DNA from: Botryllus schlosseri
Taxonomy: Eukaryota
DNA: 64,000 nt
Direction of reading: 5' to 3'
Assembly (NCBI GenBank): GCA_051294905.1
Contig: JBPPKV010000017.1
Span: 806,001-870,000, forward strand
Part shown: in pieces, positions 25,150 to 37,481 of the stretch
Position numbering within the stretch: the first letter of the stretch is position 1
Layout of the letters: each line of letters begins with the position of its first letter
The notes under the pieces: generated by a model
Database searches by the model: none
What the model was told of the DNA's origin: nothing
What the model saw: only the letters and a program-made list of their open reading frames with translations
Program-made: the position numbers and the translations under genes

Positions 25150-27140
25150 CTTTATACTGCTCGATATATAGGATGCAAATACAAAACGTTTGAGAAGCAC
25201 TGGACTATGTAATCCATACATTTCCCGATTACCAGAATCGAAAACACCACTGCCAATGCATTATATGCAGGTTACGTGCAGAATATATAATTTCACAAAG
25301 AATCCTTGGTCGCACTGCCGCATAACTTAAGACTCAAAAGATGCCCTGAATCCAATTCGTGATTTAATAATATTTATCGAAATTCCAACGTCCGCATCTA
25401 CAGTTAAGTCTTTCTACTCCTCACCGCGCCTATACTTAGGGCTAACACCGCATAGCGACTAAAACAATGGAAGTAAAAATATATGTCAACTTATATCGTC
25501 GCTCAAACTACTGATTTGGTGTTTTATAACTGTATTCAATCGGTCAACCATTGTATTTTCTTCCAATTCTATTGCTCGCAATTAAGTTGCTGTTTGCCAG
25601 CCTCTCTGACCCGTAATATACAATTATGTACATACTATTCAATTGTATATTGAAGTTCTGTACCTCCAAGAAGCTGTTCAATTATGTATATTGGCTTGGT
25701 AATAAAGTAATAAAGTCAGAAACAAGGGTAAGGATGTGGGGGTAATATTTTTGCATGATTTGACTGGTCCGGCCCGCTATACCCAAGTTGAGTTTGACTC
25801 CCCTGCTTTATACCTTCTTGTGGCAGGGACACTATACGCAATGCTCTGTTTAGTATTGAGTTCATTGAATAGGCCAGGATATATGGAAAATACAATTGTC
25901 TAGTTTTAACACAATATGATTGCAGCAATGAAGTGCTTCAACATGCTCAAATCGAGTTTTTACAAATTCCTGGAATAAAGGCATATATATATTTATTCAC
26001 GCCGAACATTTGTTGGTGGTGGCACTATGCTCTTTTCGTATTTCAGTATGGTCCTGTGTTATAGCTGTCAATGACATTAGAATCATGTTATTAAAATATA
26101 ATTAACGATTAGAATAACTGGTTTATCAGTTTAACTGATCTACTTACTGGTATGTACGTCATCTAGTTGGTGTTGTTTATTAAACAAAAAATTAAATGCT
26201 CATCACCTGATGGTCTTTTTAACCACAGTCAAAGATTGTGTAAAGTGAAATGGGCATTGTTCAATGATGGCACAAAAATAAAATCCAAGACATAAGATTG
26301 TTCACGATGAGGAAATGCAATCAAGACATGAATATCATAAACGGCGATCACAAGATAACTAGAATTCAGTGATGCATTGGGTATTTTTTCGATCACTTAG
26401 GAGACTCGTAGGAAAAAAAATTGGCGTTCAATTTGGCACATTTCGCAATGAGGAAACTACGATGAATCGCATGCTTGAGGCTATGGAGTAAGAAATGTCG
26501 CTATGTAGTTGTGAGCGAACGCCCCCTCCCCGAAATTTGGATTTGGAAAAAAAATCACGGGAATAAGCATCGGTCACATGCGAGCCTGTGTCTGCAAATC
26601 CGTGAAAGACGCTGGTAAGTATTGGCGCCTGCATCATGTTAGCAGGATTGCAAATTATACTGTCGTTGTCTTACTAGCTTACTAATTTATAACTGATATA
26701 TATTTACCCATGTTGAATCAGACCAATTCTTACGTAATGGATATATCTCTGGAGCTGCATCGAATTCGATCATATATATATCATTCATATAACAACACAA
26801 TGGATTATATGTCTGCCCAATGAGCATGAGTCGGAATAAATGTAGAAGTAAAAAAGTAAGATGCGAAAAACAAACAACTGTACTTTTATCGGGCTTGATA
26901 CGTAAAAAGAGAAAAATCAGTATGCCCCTGATGTACTTACACTTTCAATAGACTGACTGGAATGGTTACGAGTGCAGTGATCATGCAGTTTTTGACAAAG
27001 TCAATTGTGCCGACCAAACAACAATCTCGAACCGACCGGTGAATTTATCGCAACAAAATGGAGGAATTTCTAAAAATGGATTCTTCTCTCTCACGATTAC
27101 AGTCGCACGTGTTCTTGTACAATCTATATTGGATTCGGAA
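25150..27140. repeat. Arm 2 of the inverted duplication
   Basis: Reverse-complement match to ~17650-19690 as above. Interrupted near 25800 by a CAGGGG-type MITE end. Confidence 0.85.
25215..25397 (-). pseudogene. Decayed CCP-like exon
   Basis: VMRQ-C-DQGFFVKLYILHVTCI*-C-IGSGVFDS keeps the 17-residue C2-C3 spacing and the CxxxGx(W>F)D register of the neighbouring gene, but contains stops. Confidence 0.4.
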
Positions 27141-27634
27141 AGAATAGTATTTACGGGGGCAAATTGTTTAGTTATTTATTATAGATCTACCTCCCGTGAA
27201 TACTATGATTTGATATCTTAAATTTGGACCTCAGTAACTTCGCGTCCGCTGATTGGAAACGAGCCAATTTTGTAGTGTAACGTGTTTTTTTTAGATAGCC
27301 TATCCATGTTAACAGGCAGCTAGTAAAATTTAAAATAGTTGATTTTGAACATTCCTTCATTATTCATAGCTGTGTGCAAAATGCTTTCGATAAACGGCTA
27401 ACTGAGGTTTTTTAGTTCTAATATGAATTATTGACACTGTAAAATAGTAATATTGCTTTAGATCGGTATATATTCTCTTTGCTCAATTAAATCATCTCTA
27501 ACTAGTTGAATCATAACAATCGATACTCCACTCATATTCAAGTAGGCTACCTACCATACAATCGATCCAATGTCTCGGTCGTATATTGTGTGAAAGTCTT
27601 CTTGACAATTGGCTGATTGCCTTTCGTGTCGCAG

Positions 27635-30600
27635 GCTTATCAGATGCGTCCAGCGATCATCTTTTTCGATGAAATCGACGGGCTGGCGCCGGCGCGGTCC
27701 AGCAGGCAGGACCAGATCCATTCGTCCATCGTTTCGACCCTGCTGGCGCTCATGGACGGCCTGGACAACCGCGGCGAAATTACAGTTATAGGTGAGATTC
27801 TGAGTTGCGGTTTTGCTTGCACGTCACGACAATTTTCTTCTGACACAGGTGCTACGAATCGTATTGACTCCATGGATCCTGCCCTGAGACGCCCCGGACG
27901 TTTTGACAGGGAATTCCAATTTTCCTTGCCTGATAAAGAGGTATTCGATGCTTCCTGTTTGTCGAATTCTGTGATTTTTTCTAAATGTATAACATGTGTT
28001 TCTAGGCATTGCCTTTAGTGGGAACAATATATTGAAGTGTAGAAGTGCTTGTGCAGTATCCTCTGATAATTGTCTACCTTAAATTCAAGTCGATTTTTGG
28101 ATTTGATCGCGGGCAAAATATCAGATGTAACCTGTTCAGTGTTCAGCCACCTTTGCATCAACAATATCAATAGAGCCTTATTTTACCGGACGAGATTCTC
28201 CGATCGCCCATATCACAAAATGTGATTTACTACTTCTGCAATCCAGGCCCTGCCAGGAAAAAATCACTTTTTATAAATATATATTTAAAAAGCGTTATTG
28301 TACTTGGTGATGTCTGCGGTCAATGCAGTCAAATCAGCAGAAAGTTGCATTTATTTTTCAGAAAAGTTGCGCTAAAAGTTGCCTTTGTGCTCAAGTTCCT
28401 TGAAATTATTAGGGTATGAGATACTTAAAACACTCCGTATGCAAGGCACTGTTGCAAAACTCAATGTTGGCAACTCAATGAAAATCTCATTTTCGGCGGT
28501 CTAGCCTGAATGTACGTCAAATCAGAAAGGACCTAAATTTTAAATGGCGGTGAAATAATCAAGCGATATATTTACATGTAGTGCCAAAGATTTCCAGTAA
28601 TAAGTAAAAAATAGAGGAGAGTTGCAAAATGTTGCGAGATAAGATTCCTTAAACAGCTTGAAACACCATACTAAATAGCGTCTGAGTATTTAGGAAGCAG
28701 CTGGAAGCTGTAGGAAAACTTGCCCTACCGGACTTTGAAAACAAATTTGAAAACATATTTGTGGCAGATACGTCACCACCCCCGGCTATCCCGTGGCAAT
28801 AACTTGATCAAATTGCCATCGTCACCGTTTGTTAATTACCACCCACTTACCACTGTGACAGGCGAGAGCTTCAATTTTAAAAATTCACACGAGCGAATGG
28901 GACCCACCGTTGAAGCCGACGTTTGTCGATTACCTCGCCAGTAGAACAGTGGGCTACTGCGGCGCCGATCTCCGGGTGAGTGTTAGCTGTCTGCTTTATG
29001 TGGTCAGACTCGCGAACACGTCTTTCAACCATGTAATATGTTTTCAGGCTCTTTGTGCGGAGGCGTCGCTGGTGGCTTTGCGTAGAAGGTACCCGCAGAT
29101 CTACGAAACCTCGGACAAGCTTCAAATTGACGTTGATTCTATTTCTATCGAATACAACGACTTCACAACTGCTATCCAGGTAGATGCCTGTATTTTATTT
29201 GTTGTTAGTTTTCTGCTGTGTTGATATTTATATTCAGAGGCAGTCAGTAACATACAGTCAGTGATTCTAGATGTACATTAATGTATCAAACTTTCCGCCA
29301 TGAAAACTATCACTTCAAATCCAAAATTTTGAACAACGATTGGAGAGGCACGATAGTGACTTTACGATATTACAGTTTCAAACATTCCGATACCATGGAT
29401 CTGTCTGAAAAGTACTTTTTAGCCATCTTTTCCTTCTGCATCCCGGCACCCCTATTTTGTGGCAAAATTTCCATTAGTATTCCAGATAATTCAGTTTTGA
29501 CGGTTGTACGAGTGTTATCGGTATGTTGATGTTTTTCCAGACAATCCTACCTAGTTCGCAGCGGTCCGCCGGCAGCCCGGGACGCGCGCTGTCCGCTAAA
29601 ATGAAGCCTTTGCTGCTGTGCTACTTGAAAAATATCGTGCAACAACTCGCCGGATTGTTGCCGCAGCTCAAAGGTTTGTGTTGTCTTACTTCGATTGGTC
29701 GATAGCATTGACAAATAATATCCAACCCTTATTTTGCCGTAGCAGACTACGACTAATTGAGCTAATTGTCGCAAAATTCTAACTTTAATCTAATTTGTGA
29801 AATGTTTCCCTGCTCCAACTCAATCCAATTTATGAACTACATCTATGGTGTCATTCGAATAATAATTGAATTTCTGGTTTTCCTGAAAATACTGCAGAAC
29901 TGTATAATGAGACAAACGAGTCAAGTTTGCTGCGCGGACATTTGTCATTCTCTTGCTTACTACAATGAACTCTGATTTGGTGTGAATTGATGCTGATTCA
30001 ATTTTCAAGTTTTCTTGGATTCAGTGATTCTAGTCTGATATGGAGGAAACTGTGCTGCTGTAATTCTAATCTTATTTGGAAGATGTGAATATTTTCTAGT
30101 TGGCAATCTCTGTATCGCAGTAGCTTAGGTTTTCATTGCGCTGTGTGCATAGGCGCCGAACGCTAATTTTCCTTAGACATGCGAGTTTGATGACGTCACA
30201 GAGGAATGATTTCATGATCCGACGGAATTGATAATTAGGGATAATATAGCATCAATTCATGAGGGTTAAGTGCCTGCATAAATGCCAATTATGCAATATC
30301 TTCGTGTTAACAAACTTGCGCGTATGATAAGCTTGTCGACGAGTCCGGAAGTGCTGTCAATTAGCGAGTCCCTGATCGCTAGCGAACAATTAAATACGCC
30401 GCTTATCAACGCGTATTACGTAACCTCGGCGACGATTTGCGCAAGGCAAAATGTCCGAGTTGTTATGGAATCTGTTCTATAATGGCACCGATTTCAGGTT
30501 GTTCAAACCTTTCTCGTCTTTTACAACTCAAGCCTTGACAGTTGACACACATCTTCTGATGGTTATGTTTAGGTATTAGCGGAATTCACTTGCGCATGCA

Positions 30601-33600
30601 CGGCGCACTCACAATCGCACATGTCTGCGGACATTCGATGTCATTCAGGTCAGCGATGTCGCTCTTTAATTACAATCGCTAACCAACAAACACGTAACGG
30701 CATTGTCACCAAGCCATCGAAAGATTGGAGCTAACGCATGCTAGGCTCGAGAGACGCGATAGTTGGCCACTGGCCAGCGATGATATCTTTCGTACCAGGC
30801 CTGTTGCGGATGCGATTGTGTAGACAAGCGATAATATCGTGTGCGCCAATGCAGATGCGATAGTGCAGGCAGCGATGGCACCGGGCCTACTGCTGATGTG
30901 ATTGTTCATCATGCTCAAGCGAGTGAAACTAGGCTTGTGGGAGACGCGATAAAGCAGGCAAGCGTCCCAAGCGATGATTGCCGAGCGCACGGCAATCAAT
31001 GACACAATTTCGCGATCATCTCAGCGGGATATCGCGTCGCGTTACATTGTGCACATACAAATCTCGTTAATTGGCAACGCGCTTGTAGCTAATCGGCCAC
31101 GCGCAACGGGTCACCTCGCTCACATAAGCGGTAGCAGGTAATGTCGTAAACGGAAATACATTGCGATTCGTTCTAAATAACACAATCGGGGTTTATACCG
31201 ATTCATGCCAAACCGAATTCTAGGCATGCCGCATACCTAAAAAATGTCTAGGCATGCCTGGCATGCCTTGCATGCCCAGGTTCGGCGCCTATGGCTGTGT
31301 GTTCAACTGAGTTCAACTACTAAGCCTATGCTAGTCAACAACAGCACTAGCCGCTCGTCAACCTAGTCTAGACCCAACCCTAGGCAAATGTAACCTAGTC
31401 TAACTCCTTCCCCGATCTAACGCAACCTTAACCAAATCTAACTCCTCGCCTAACCCATCCCCAATTTTATCTACACTCAACCCGAAACAAATCTAACATA
31501 ATCTAAACCGAGCCCTAATCCAACCCAACCTTTACCCAATCTAAAGCCTCGCCTAAACTAACCTAAGCTAGTCCAAACCCAACGCTAAGCTTACCCAATC
31601 AAGCCCCAGCTTCAAACTATACCTAACTTACTACAACACTGCACCCAGCCCGAATCTAACTCCAACCCAGTGCATTTATTTGAATGCTAACTCAGATATA
31701 CTTGAACCTTCCTTTTGTTTAATGACCTTCTTGCTGTCATTACTATACACTCCTTTTCTGTGTACAGCAAAATCAAAAGTTCTTCAGTCTACTACGACGT
31801 CGTCCAACAACTCTGGAGCAGACGACCAGCTCACTTGGTTCCCTCCTGTGTCGATCTATTCAAACGAAACAGGTAAGTGATGGTGTAACGCCGTTCCATT
31901 TGACGTGGCGTAAATTGGTCGCTTTTTTGTGCAGATGAAGATGTCAGTTCGGTGGCACTTTTGGGGCATTGCACCGGCGAATCGTCGAATTACAGCAACG
32001 TTGTCCGTGCCATCACGTCGGAAGAGCAGACGTAAGTGTATTTCTTTTCAAGTTTAAGGCTTTAGCCTAAATTGTGTTAACAAACGGAGTTCGTGTATAA
32101 TCTAAGAAGAATAGTACATTGAGCTCGAGCTTGCTATCGGACCATCATAGTAAAAGAAATTATTGCCTGTGATTTTGCTGGCCTTCCGTTTGTGTAATTT
32201 CTTTATATTGACAGTTTGATCACTGTGGACCGACCTCGAATGCTTGTGTGCGGGGAGTCCGACGCGGGATTCCTGTCGCACGTCGTGCCCGCGTTACTTC
32301 ACGACATGGAAAGCATCCCGATTCACTGTCTCGATTCGGCATCCATGTACGGCACCGACGTTAGGACGACTGAAGAAGCCTGCGCGCAGGTACTGTATCA
32401 GTGTTGGTATTACTGTAATTACGAATATAAAATCACAGGTAAAATTGGCAGACTTGTGTGCAAGGTACCAATCCCAGTTAGTTGACTGACTGCCTGTAAT
32501 TATTGTTTTGACACTCTGTCTCATATCAAGTCTTGATACTCTGATTAGTTTCATCGTATATTGTGGTGAAATTATCATGGGAACATCATAAAATAGCACA
32601 AGTATCACGATACTGAATATATTTCTGAAAGAGGCACGTATTTGTAGTGTCATGATAGAGATTTTGCTTTAGTCATAAAGACACATCATGCAATTTGGGA
32701 TTAAGCCACCAGTAGCAGCAGTGACTTGACCACCTTTGCCTTTATAAGAGCGACAAGAGTATCGGTTGATATCTCACTGCAGCGTAGCCCTGACCGATAT
32801 TGTCTCGTGCAAAAATCTTGATAATCTTTTTATATTTTAGGTGTTCCGAGAGGCTAAACGGGTCACGCCGAGCGTCATCTACTTGTCGAACGCGGACAAA
32901 TGGTGCGAGGTCGCGTCGCCAAGCGTCAAGTCGACCGTGTTCTCTCTACTGCGAGATATTCCTTCAGATCTGCCCATTCTCTTCCTGGGTAGGTGGTGAT
33001 TGTAAAATCGGATATTATTTACGGTGTAGCCTGTTCAAAGATATAGATTACTAGCCTACAGATGCGCTATTAGAGTCGTCACACTTGAATACCCAGAGAG
33101 GTCTACCGCTGAGCCGGCTAAAAGCAGCATAATAGACTATCCTCCAGCTGTTGACCCGATCATTATAATTTGAGGGGACTAGCAACCGTTAAATTTAAAA
33201 AAGCATCAGAATTTTCAAATTTTTTGGGGGGGTTGCAAATATTAACATGGTGCCTCTGTTTTCTCGGCATGGCCTTATCTCACCAAAAAACGAGTAAAAA
33301 TTGCTGAATTTCAATTTCACTCGGCATACGGTTAGTATTTTCTTTCCAATGCTAAAACGTTCTATAGCGGTTTTCTCCATTGTAAATTTTCGGTATGACG
33401 CTTGTGGTTTTTTTTGAAAAGCCAACATCCAGATCTATGTTTCACTCATTCTTTGTTTGGCCTAGGTATAACATGGTCTGAGTAGAGAGCGCCACAGCAA
33501 ACTTGAATTACTAATGAATTTTGAAATTGCAAAACTAAATTTCTCCCAAGCGAGTTGCACATAATCCTTTGAATTTTAGCAACACGCAAGCCTGTTCTAT

Positions 33601-36600
33601 GACTTCCTAAAACCGGCATTAGATCGGAAAGGTGGCATCACAATTTTGGGGTACGGTGTTTCGCGCGTCGGAATACTATTTCTCCTGCCAAATCCAAATA
33701 CAGTGGGTTAGAAGCTTAGAACTACAAGTTGCGACATTTTGTTCGTAGCATAGCGACACCTAGCATCTGTGAAAATTTCATGCTGATGGGGGTTGCCCTT
33801 TGAGGGATAGCTCTGTTCAGTTGCAAGTCCCCTTGGTAAAACTGGTCTTGATCAAAAGCTACTGTCGCACTGATTTCGAAGTTGTATTAAAGTCGGGTCA
33901 GGGCAATGGAACCACCCTGCAGCACCCTTCAAAGTTCATTGTCTTGAAAAATCGTAGCGCAGCTAAACAATGACCATGATAATGGCCAATTGCGTCATGC
34001 GACTATTCGGAACAATGCCTATTTTGAGGTTTTGACGGCTATTTCGGTAGGGCTCCATTGCCCTGACCTGATTTGAATTTCTATATTCGGAATCAGTGTG
34101 ACAGATACTTTGGACTGAGGCTAGTATTAATGAATTTGACCGCTTGGTTTGGCAGTTACAGGACTGCCAATAATTCTGTTTTTATTTCAAGATTTTATTC
34201 AAGTGCGAAGGCTTAGTTGCGCATCCATCCATAGGTTGGTAATCTATAGTAGAACACGACTTTGGCATAAGTTTGCATTCGTATTATGCGTGGAATCACC
34301 ATAGGAAGTGTGTGGAACACCTATCACAAATAGAAACTCAATGTGTACAATTCGCCAGTAGTGTCAACACCAAGTCTCATTTCCAAATGGAATTGTGTTA
34401 CAGCGTCATCAAGTTGCGACTACCGCCAGCTACCCCGCTACTTTTCCAAACTCTTCCACACCGATTTCCAAGAGGTGTACGAGTCCAGGTTTCACACCAC
34501 TGCCGAACAAAGACGGGTCTATTTCGCCCCCATCTTTTTACTTCACGCCGTAACCCCACCGGCAAGAAAGACAGACAACAGTGAGTATGGAACGGATATC
34601 GTGGTCCGCTTACTTTAAACATGTCGAAGTGAAGAGAGAGTTTTGGATTTTATATTAAGTTTACGATATTAATAATTTGAATTTGATGGAGAACGCCAAA
34701 TAGGTTGCCTAAAAACACTAAAACAATTTGGGCTCAATTCCAACCCGTCAAAGTGAACTTTGTAGAATAGTAAACGTTGGATTTTACAAAAATATTTATA
34801 TTTACTTCAGTAAATTCTATCAATTAGCTATGATGCTATGTCGAAAGCTTGTTGCTCAGAATACTGGTTATTTACATATCTTTACACTCGGTCTTTATAA
34901 TTTCCTGGCATCAAGATATGTTGGCATTTCTTTGGAATTAAACCAAATTTGATGTGCGACGATTGCTTAGAAAACCATACGATTTCAATGTTAGCCTTTG
35001 AAATTTGAAAAAAAGGTTAATAACAGGAACAGTTTAATATCTAATATAGTTGAGTTAGAGTTATGTTAAGAGTTAGGGCTGCAGTAAGGTTTGCGTTTGG
35101 GTTGGGGTGATTATAAGTTTTAGATTTGGAGGTAAGGTTATGAAGACTGGTAAGTTTTTAATGACTGGCTGATGAGATTTGAGAATCACTGGGTTGAACC
35201 ACGTTTGACAACTAAATGCTACGGCTATTTTTGCTCTATTTTCATTATCATTTATTGTATTTTAGTTATGTGTATTTTGTGTTGATGATTCACGCCGGCT
35301 ATCTTTTTATCCAGGTCACGTGCAAGAGCGTCTAGAGGTGGCCAAGGCCCCGGAGCCTGCGCCCCTGACGGCCGAGGAGGTTCAGAAGCTGGAGAGGGGT
35401 GAGGAATCGGTGATGAGGAATAGGTATAGAGGAAATATAGGAAATTATCGTTTTCGTGATTTAGAATCAGCATTTTAATCTTTGTGCTCGCATGAAACGT
35501 ACGTGTTTAAACTCACCACATCATTTATACATTATGCTGCTATGACGACATTGGAGGGTGCTCGATTTTGCCTAGCTTTAGTCGTTACCAACGAGTATAA
35601 TCAAAGTATGTGAGCGATTTGCCTTCGTGCGCCGTGTGATATCATGTTGTGACAACATATTCGTTTCAGAAGCAGTGCAGAGTCCGCCACGGCGCATGTC
35701 CTCACGGTGCCGTAAAAATAGCCGGTCCGTGCCCGACAAAGTGGAACAACCGCCGCCGCCCCCTCCGTTTATCGTGGACAGAGCCAAGTTTTTGGCTTTA
35801 CTCGAGAAAGTGGTGTCGGTAAGCGATTCCGTTCCCATAGTTTTGGTGGTTAATCGATTTTTGCCAGATGCCAAATGACTTCTGTAATGCGACTAAAGAT
35901 CTTCAAATATATATTCTGTTGCCACGATACACAGGTTACTATAGATTACTAACATTCGGATGGATACACAACTCCCTGTGGTTACGCTTGGGTAAGCAGT
36001 GTCTTTTACTATTGGGCAATCTAAAAGCAGCCTAATTGGGCGAGCGATTGTTCGTAACACTGCCGATTTTCAAACTTTGAGTGCTTTGAGAGGTGGTTCC
36101 ATTGCCGTATCAAGATTTTAATTTGCATTGCCGAAATCAGTGCGATACCAGCTTTCGATTGAGACCAGTTTGGTTCAATTCCAGCGCTCGGGTCGGCTGC
36201 TATAGCCCTACCAATTATGCGGCTTCTAGATTGTGCAGCGATAAGAGAGACTACTTGCCCAAGCATAACGGCAGGATCTGTGTATCCAAAACACCCAAGC
36301 TTTGAATTCTTGTCGGTAGGGTCAAGCCCGCCTATGACAGCTTACGGATGAAGATCCTTTGGCCAAAACACCAGAATGTCTTGTTTACTGAATTCCTACC
36401 AATTTATATATATACATCATGTCTTAAAATCTGAACAAGAACTTTGGTGGATCCATTGCGGAAACTCTGTACTACGCCCTTACGGGCGTAGCTATTAGTT
36501 TTTCTCGCTATGCTGCCTTCGGCAGGTTAACATCGCGAAGAAAAATCTCATGTAGCATAAATCTGGCGAAAAATAATATTGTTATTTGTTTGTGTCGATT

Positions 36601-37481
36601 TACTTCAAGCCTTCAAAATTCCGGACATTCGGCATATTTTAGAAATTCCTCCCGGACGCAGTTTAAACAGTGAAATTTCGGACATGTCCGGGAAATTCCG
36701 GACGTATGGCAGCCCTAATCTAACCCAAACTTCGCTTTCCCAGTAATTAGATTCTCGGGTTGGTTAATAATATGTAAAATTCGAGAGTATTTTGCGCATT
36801 CAAGTCACGAATTGATCTGTGGTCTTTGCCACCGGTCCGTGCGAGCTGGCGCGACATCGAGAGAGCAAGAATTTTAGTTTAAACTTTTTGCTTCCTTTTC
36901 AGCTCACGCAGTCTTTCAATCTGATGGACTTGGAGAAATTCCACGCCATTTTGTCGAGGTGTATCGACAAGCATAAAATGCGTTACAACAGAAGCGCATT
37001 AGCCATGGTGAGTTCGGCGCTTTGCAGTAGACTATGAAACATATGCGAATTCCTCTAAAATTCTGATTCAGAAATCGCCTGTGAGCTTTCCCATTTGATT
37101 ATTTAGAGCCCGACTGATGTCAGAAATTCGCTTTGATACCTATATCACTGATATCATGCATATTCGCCAGTAAAACCAAAATTGTCTGGTGATATCATGA
37201 TGTGACGAATTTCAAATAGAACTTCTAATTAGTGACAGTATTTTTTTCTAAATGTATCATATATAAACTATATTTATTCACAATCATTTGTCACGAATCA
37301 GAGCCTCTTATCCGGACTGTGTATTTTGACTTGATGTGTGCTCTTTTCGATGAAGCTTCGCTCACTTTGCCGAAATTGTCGCGTTTCGCCACAGGAACTC
37401 GAATTGGAAATCGCGAGATGCGTCGGAATGTTCTCCACAGCCAATCACAATTCTTCTGCCGACTCGGACAATTCGGAATGA
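27635..37481 (+). CDS. ATAD2: ATAD2/ATAD2B-like AAA+ ATPase, partial (no N-terminus or Walker A found; bromodomain absent)
   Basis: Exons: 27635-27791, 27849-27940, 28862-28975, 29048-29179, 29541-29673, 31768-31872, 31935-32031, 32215-32389, 32841-32988, 34404-34580, 35315-35398, 35670-35818, 36903-37007, 37395-37481. All GT-AG with consistent phase, giving 584 codons plus stop. AYQMRPAIIFFDEIDGLAPARSSRQDQIHSSIVSTLLALMDGLDNRGEITVIGATNRIDSMDPALRRPGRFDREFQFSLPDKE and LRRRYPQIYETSDKLQ are near-identical to ATAD2 as recalled. The C-terminal VDRAKFLALLEKVV...LEKFHAILSRCI matches the ATAD2 C-terminal domain. Confidence 0.9.
30148..31293. mobile_element. hAT-type TIR element in ATAD2-like intron
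   Basis: 14-bp TIR CATAGGCGCCGAAC. Perfect 8-bp TSD GCTGTGTG. GC-rich interior with recurring GCGAT motifs and no transposase. Confidence 0.9.
31330..31670. repeat. Degenerate (CTAAC/CCCAAC)n repeat tract
   Basis: Strongly C/A-skewed tract of CTAACC/CCCAAC-like units. An opposite-strand (GTTAG)n-like tract lies at ~35040-35150. Confidence 0.7.
33862..34104. mobile_element. Hairpin (long-TIR) MITE
   Basis: CTGTCGCACTGATTTCGAA...GGGTCAGGGCAATGGAACC is mirrored by GGCTCCATTGCCCTGACC...TTCGGAATCAGTGTGACAG. Confidence 0.65.

Noticed and set aside
30706-31005. 99-aa Ala/Ser/Ile-rich ORF
   Set aside because: It lies inside a TSD-flanked non-autonomous element with recurring GCGAT motifs and shows no transposase features.
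31330-31670. Interstitial telomere
   Set aside because: The units are too degenerate, with no clean (CCCTAA)n run. Recorded only as a simple repeat.
36472-36491. GC hairpin CTACGCCC-TTAC-GGGCGTAG as a Helitron/Helentron terminus
   Set aside because: I could not define matching element ends or a second copy in the window.
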